Assembly (NCBI GenBank): GCA_965242695.1
Contig: CBDESU010000001.1
Location: 1,248,001-1,312,000 of the forward strand
DNA length: 64,000 nucleotides
From: Cenarchaeum sp.
GTDB lineage: Archaea > Thermoproteota > Nitrososphaeria > Nitrososphaerales > Nitrosopumilaceae
Direction of reading: 5' to 3'
The number at the start of each line of letters is the position of its first letter. Position 1 is the stretch's first letter. The notes under the pieces are model-generated. The model worked only from the letters and a program-made list of their open reading frames with translations. It ran no database searches and was not told the DNA's origin. Of the stretch, positions 59,712 through 64,000 are shown piece after piece. Both the position numbers and the translations under genes were made by a program.

Positions 59712-60356
59712 TCACGTCATCACCCTGAACCGCATCCCCCTCGCCTCGAGGCGGCGCACAGGCTCTTCGGCGTTGTCCCGCCCGTCCGTCTCGAGGCTGA
59801 GCGTCACCCCGGCCGATCCCGCGTCGATGTCGCGGCTGAACCGGTCGTGGACCACCTCCACTATGTTTGCGCGCGCGGACGTGATCTCGTCGACGACCTC
59901 CTTTAGCGCGCCAGGCCGGTCGGGCAGCAGTATGAAGACCTTTAGGAGGCGCCCCATCCGCGCAAGCCCCTTGTCGACGATCTGCCCGAGCAGGTACATG
60001 TCGACGTTGCCGCCTGCCAGGACGACTGCCACCTTCTTGCCCGGCGACGGCCTTGCGGCGAGCAGGTGCGCCAGCCCGACGGCTCCGGCCGGCTCGACGA
60101 CCGCCTTCATCCTCTCCATGAGCAGGAACATGGCCTCTATGATCTCCGAGTCGTCGACGAGCACGATGTCGTCGATCATGTCGCGTATTATGGAGAATGT
60201 GAGCTCGCCGGGCGCCTTTACGGATATGCCGTCGGCTATGGTCCTGGCAGGGGCCTGCCCGCCGGCGCCGCCCGCGGAGAGCGGCACGGGCCTGCCCGCG
60301 TCTAGCGAGCGCCTCATCGACGGGAACGAGCTGGACTGCACCCCGACGACCCGCAC
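59712..60356 (-). CDS. ilvA: Threonine ammonia-lyase, C-terminal part with ACT domain
   Basis: VVGVQ...TIADGISVKAPG...VVEPAGA...GGNVD...LPDRPGAL...ANIVEVVHDR. Confidence 0.85.
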   Translation of the reverse strand: MRVVGVQSSSFPSMRRSLDAGRPVPLSAGGAGGQAPARTIADGISVKAPGELTFSIIRDMIDDIVLVDDSEIIEAMFLLMERMKAVVEPAGAVGLAHLLAARPSPGKKVAVVLAGGNVDMYLLGQIVDKGLARMGRLLKVFILLPDRPGALKEVVDEITSARANIVEVVHDRFSRDIDAGSAGVTLSLETDGRDNAEEPVRRLEARGMRFRVMT

Positions 60357-60359
60357 GTC

Positions 60360-60510
60360 AGAAGTTGAAAATGTACTCTGCCGGGCGCCGATCGCGGCCA
60401 GCAGGCGCCGATCGCGGCCAGCAGGCGCCGATCGCGGCCAGCAGGCGCCGATCGCGGCCAGCAGGCGCCGATCGCGGCATCGGCGCGGCCGCCCGCGCCC
60501 CCGTGCTCAA
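60360..60510. mobile_element. 151-bp insertion in ilvA flanked by a 5-bp duplication; contains about 4.75 copies of a 20-bp repeat
   Basis: acgtc at 60355-60359 and 60511-60515; ggcgccgatcgcggccagca tandem at 60384-60478. Confidence 0.75.
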
Positions 60511-61121
60511 ACGTCGGGGCGCCGCGCCTTTATCGCGATCAGCACCCCGGCGGCCAGGCCGCCCCCTCCGATCGGCACGTACACCTCGTCGACGTCGGGC
60601 AGGTCCTCGAGTATCTCCAGTCCGACCACCCCCTGGGCGGCGATCACGTGCGGGTCGTCAAAGGCATGCACTATGGTCGCGCCGGTCCGCTCTGATATCT
60701 CCCTGGCCCTGGCCCACGACTCCTCGTAGCTTGCCCCGTGCAGTACGACGGTAGCGCCGTACCCGCGCGTGGCGGCCACCTTTGCCGGCGAGGCCGACTG
60801 CGGCATCACTATCGTGCAGGGTATGCCCTCGGCCGAGGCCGCGTACGCGACGCCCTGCGCGTGGTTGCCGGCAGAGGCGGCCACGACGCCGTTGCGCCTC
60901 TCGGCCTCTGATAGCGAGCGCACCTTGTAGTAGGCGCCGCGTATCTTGAACGAGCCGGTCTTTTGCCGGTACTCGGCCTTTAGGTACACCTCCGAGCCGG
61001 TCATGCGGCTGAACATGGGCGAGTGCACGAGGTCGGTGCGGCGGATGTCGTCCGCCCCGCCGCCGCCCCGCCGCCCCGCCTCGGATGCGCGCACCACGTC
61101 GTCGTACGTCGGCCTCTGCAT
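60507..61121 (-). CDS. ilvA: Threonine ammonia-lyase, N-terminal part (terminated by a TGA in the insertion)
   Basis: LKAEYRQKTGSFKIRGA (PLP Lys); ASAGNHAQGVA; VPIGGGGLAAG. Confidence 0.87.
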   Translation of the reverse strand: MQRPTYDDVVRASEAGRRGGGGADDIRRTDLVHSPMFSRMTGSEVYLKAEYRQKTGSFKIRGAYYKVRSLSEAERRNGVVAASAGNHAQGVAYAASAEGIPCTIVMPQSASPAKVAATRGYGATVVLHGASYEESWARAREISERTGATIVHAFDDPHVIAAQGVVGLEILEDLPDVDEVYVPIGGGGLAAGVLIAIKARRPDV

Positions 61122-61324
61122 GCGCCGGCGGCGCGCCGCCAAACCTATTTTGCCCTTTGGGAAAGGCCGGGCGGGGGCGGGTGCTGCCGTGGGGCGCGGC
61201 CGCGCAGCCGCCCGGTGACGGCCCCGCCCGTGCGCATGGCAGGCTCGGCCGCCGCGTCGGATGCCCGCTCCGCCCGCTCCGCCGCGGCCCTCCCGGCGGG
61301 GGCGGCATCGCCGGGCCGCTCGCA

Positions 61325-61640
61325 TGATGCTCGACGGCGGCCGGCACGAGAGTGTGCCGGCAAGGAAGTCCTAGACGAGGCGGACGGGAAGGGCGCGCCG
61401 GCCGCGATCGCCGCCGTCCTGTAGGCGCCGGAGCACCCGCGCGGCGACAAGTTCAGCGGATGCCAGGGTCGGCCGTGTTGCACGTCGCTCGGAATTCCGG
61501 CCGCGATCGACGGAAGGCCCCAGGCGGGCCCATGCCTGCGCATCCTGTCCCTGCTCGCGCACGGGGATTGCGGGACGGGGGCGGCCCCGAGCTTGATGGA
61601 ATAGTGTCGCGCCTGTGCGTGCGCCCGACAGAGGCCGCCG
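61325..61640 (+). pseudogene. Degenerate paralogous fragment of the gene starting at 62816
   Basis: gggcccatgcctgcgcatcctgtccctgctcgcgcacg...gggacgggggcgg(c/t)cccgagcttg is shared with about 63910-63980; upstream gtcct(a/g)gacgag...gaagggcgc also aligns; contains stops and indels. Confidence 0.75.
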
Positions 61641-62148
61641 GCAATGGCGGCGCCGGGGCAGACGGCGGGCGAGCGCGCGAGCGCGCGCCCGAGCGCGCCG
61701 AGGCGCCGGCCATTCCCGCGCAGCCCGCCCCGTTTCGATCGCGGCCTTGCGGCGGGCGGGCGGCATTCAGTTTGCCCCGCCCGGCCTGAACTCCGAGGGC
61801 GCGGAGGGCGATCATCCCGGCCGTCAAGACTTCCCGCCCCGCCCGGCAGTCGCCCGTACAGTGCAACTTTTCGTTCCCTCCCCTCCCCCCGCGTCAAGCT
61901 GCCCGCAAGCAATATAACTAGCAGTAGGCGCCGTGCGGCATTGCAAGTTGTCCAGAAAGCGAAGAATTGGTATGGCCGGCGCGGTTATTCGGTTCAGATG
62001 CACGGAAGGGATATCGGGTCCGCCGCGCCCGCCGCGCGTCGCAGCGCCCGCGCCCATGCGGCCCCAGCGAGTGCCGCAGGGCGCCTGCGGGTCGGCGCCC
62101 TGCGGGGGGAGGGACGGCGCCCGCCCTGCCTCACGGAGGTCCGCGCTG

Positions 62149-62814
62149 TTGACGCTGCTAGTGATAGGTAGCGCCAAGGACTGCATCCTGGCGCTCTCGG
62201 ACCGCAAGGAAAGCGTCGACCAATCCGATCCCAACGAAGTGACAAAGTGCCATCTGGGCGATACTGGAGAAATCTACGTGGCCCTTTCGGGCGACGGAGA
62301 GATGGCAAGGGGCACACTAGACGAGCTTGGGGTCCGCCGGCCCTCGGGAGGCAACGTCTTCAGGGAGATCGACAGGCTGGCGGCCGAGTTGTTCGCAAGG
62401 AGGCCTGAAGGGCAGGTGGCCGGCCACCTGATCCTGCCCGACGGCGGGGAGTTCAAGGTGTACACCATATCCATTGCATTTGGCATCCTAGTGTACGTCC
62501 AGAACTATGATCCCATCCATGTGGAAGGCGACATCGGGGCGGCCGCCATCTACAAGAACCTTGCGAGGGACCTGCACCTGGCTGACATGTCCTGCGAGAC
62601 CGCCGCCAGGTGCATGCATGCCATGGTGAGCCGCATCGCAGAGACGGTCGAAAGCGTAGGAAAGCACGGCCAGTACGGAATCGACGTGGTCGCATTCACG
62701 GCGGCAGGGGCCGCAATGCAGCTTCGGCGGCGCACGGACAGGATGGGGCATATCCGCGTCCAGTTTGAGCCGTCCGGCACGGGGCCGCTATTCGGCCCGG
62801 ACGGAGGGGCATAG
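62149..62814 (+). CDS. Proteasome-beta-like Ntn-hydrolase
   Basis: TTG start gives M-T-LLVIGSAKDCILALSDRK...TK...VALSGDG...ESVG...GIDVVAF. Confidence 0.65.
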   Translation: MTLLVIGSAKDCILALSDRKESVDQSDPNEVTKCHLGDTGEIYVALSGDGEMARGTLDELGVRRPSGGNVFREIDRLAAELFARRPEGQVAGHLILPDGGEFKVYTISIAFGILVYVQNYDPIHVEGDIGAAAIYKNLARDLHLADMSCETAARCMHAMVSRIAETVESVGKHGQYGIDVVAFTAAGAAMQLRRRTDRMGHIRVQFEPSGTGPLFGPDGGA

Positions 62815-62815
62815 C

Positions 62816-64000
62816 ATGGACGACAAGACCTACGAGTCTTCAAGGGCCGCCATATCGGAAAAGGACAACGCGTACTTTGCGGCGCACGGGCTGGCCGATA
62901 TCCTGGGCGAAGTAGGGGCCGAGAGCGGCCGCAGTGCGATCCTCGCACTGGTGCGGCGCCTGGCCGCGGACGACTCGCGCGCGTTCCTGTTCCCCATCTC
63001 GGCGGGCCTGCGCGAGGCCGTCTCTGACGACGACGAGTTTGCGCGCGTAGCCAGCGGCGTGGCCGCCACGATGAGCCATAGGGTGTACCTGAGGCCGGTG
63101 GACGAGGCGCTGGTAGGGATGGGAAAGGACAGCCCGGCGACGGCGGCCGGCGCCGCGGCTCGCCTGGTCGGGCTCGGCGAGGCGTACTTTGCGGCGCACA
63201 TCATCGGCGGGGCGTACGGGGGCACAGGCCCCGAGTGCGACGGCCCGGTCGAGCGGCTATTCTCGTCGGGGAAGCCCCGGGATGCGGCAGCCGCCGTGCG
63301 GGCCCTCAGGATAGCGCGGCTCGAGCACGGCTCGCCGGACGCGGAGCGCATCAAGACCGCCGTCGGGCGCGCGCTGGCCCACGACGATGAAGAGGTGCAA
63401 AGAGAGGCCATGGAGGCCCTCGTAGACCTCTACCGCGGAGGCGATGCCGCCGCAGAGGGTATGATCGAGTCGCTGGTCGCCGGGCGCCGCCATTCCCGCC
63501 CCGCCCTGGCAGCCCACATCTTTGCCGACTCGCCGTTTGACGACGAAAAGAGCCTGCGCTACCTCAGGGCATGCATGGGGTACAAGAGCAGCAGGTACGT
63601 CCTCCACAGCTCGTACTGCGCCCTGGCAAAGATGGCCGAAAGGAGGCCCGGCGACGTGACCAGGATGCTCGTATGGATGTTCGGCAGCGGTTGGCATGAC
63701 GGTGCGTGGGCGGGTCTGGTCCTGGACGAGCTGGGCAGGAAGGGCGCTCCGGCCGCGGTCGCCGCCATCATGGAAGTGCTGCAGCGGCCGCATGACAGCA
63801 GGGTCGGCAGGCTCCTAGAGCCCGCCGTGGTGCGCATCGCGCGGAACGCCGGCCGCGGCGAAGTGGCGGGAATGGTGCTGCGCGCGAACGACGGGCAGCG
63901 GGGCGGGCGGGGCCCATGCCTGCGCATCCTGTCCCTGCTCGCGCACGAGGACTGGCGGGACGGGGGCGGTCCCGAGCTTGTCGAGGAGATAATGTCGCGC
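62816..64000 (+). CDS. Alpha-helical (HEAT/ARM-like) repeat protein, runs off window edge
   Basis: Open frame from ATG 62816: MDDKTYESSRAAISEKDNAYFAAHGLADIL...ALAHDDEEVQREAMEALVDLY. Confidence 0.65.
   Translation, partial: MDDKTYESSRAAISEKDNAYFAAHGLADILGEVGAESGRSAILALVRRLAADDSRAFLFPISAGLREAVSDDDEFARVASGVAATMSHRVYLRPVDEALVGMGKDSPATAAGAAARLVGLGEAYFAAHIIGGAYGGTGPECDGPVERLFSSGKPRDAAAAVRALRIARLEHGSPDAERIKTAVGRALAHDDEEVQREAMEALVDLYRGGDAAAEGMIESLVAGRRHSRPALAAHIFADSPFDDEKSLRYLRACMGYKSSRYVLHSSYCALAKMAERRPGDVTRMLVWMFGSGWHDGAWAGLVLDELGRKGAPAAVAAIMEVLQRPHDSRVGRLLEPAVVRIARNAGRGEVAGMVLRANDGQRGGRGPCLRILSLLAHEDWRDGGGPELVEEIMSR

Noticed and set aside
60355-60515. Archaeal BHB intron, group I intron or selenocysteine readthrough in ilvA
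   Set aside because: Manual pairing gave no 4-bp helix flanked by 3-nt bulges and no U-G/omega-G boundaries; the TGA lies in inserted sequence, not at a conserved Cys position
62830-63927. Minus-strand ORFs near the window end
   Set aside because: Antisense shadows of the plus-strand gene starting at 62816, which the ORF track omits because it has no stop in the window

Overview
High-GC (roughly 70% by eye) archaeal DNA whose gene content and order point to Nitrososphaerota (Nitrosopumilaceae-like, possibly a host-associated lineage); this is inferred, not searched. Core genes: a ribosomal protein cluster (L3-L4-L23, then S19-L22-S3-L29-Rpp29-S17, many with low-complexity extensions), tRNA-Phe(GAA), PduO-type adenosyltransferase, two AMP-forming acyl-CoA synthetases, proteasome beta subunit, homoserine dehydrogenase, aspS-gatC-gatA-gatB and a threonine dehydratase split by a 151-bp insertion. 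Accessory content: an ABC-type ATPase/nuclease pair, a Hachiman-like HamA/HamB pair, a type IIG-like methyltransferase, TA-like modules, a truncated STAND-like NTPase, an ISH3-like IS with perfect TIRs and a TSD, two large secreted proteins sharing a C-terminal domain, and a long ENNG heptad-repeat protein. Most notable signal: six separate intergenic loci have the same geometry, a 31-39 bp direct repeat, a 32-38 bp unique spacer, then the same repeat (period 68-73 bp). The repeat sequence differs at every locus and the spacers read like fragments of coding DNA. This is the footprint expected from Cas1-type spacer integration at ectopic sites, but no cas gene is visible here, so the mechanism is a hypothesis.
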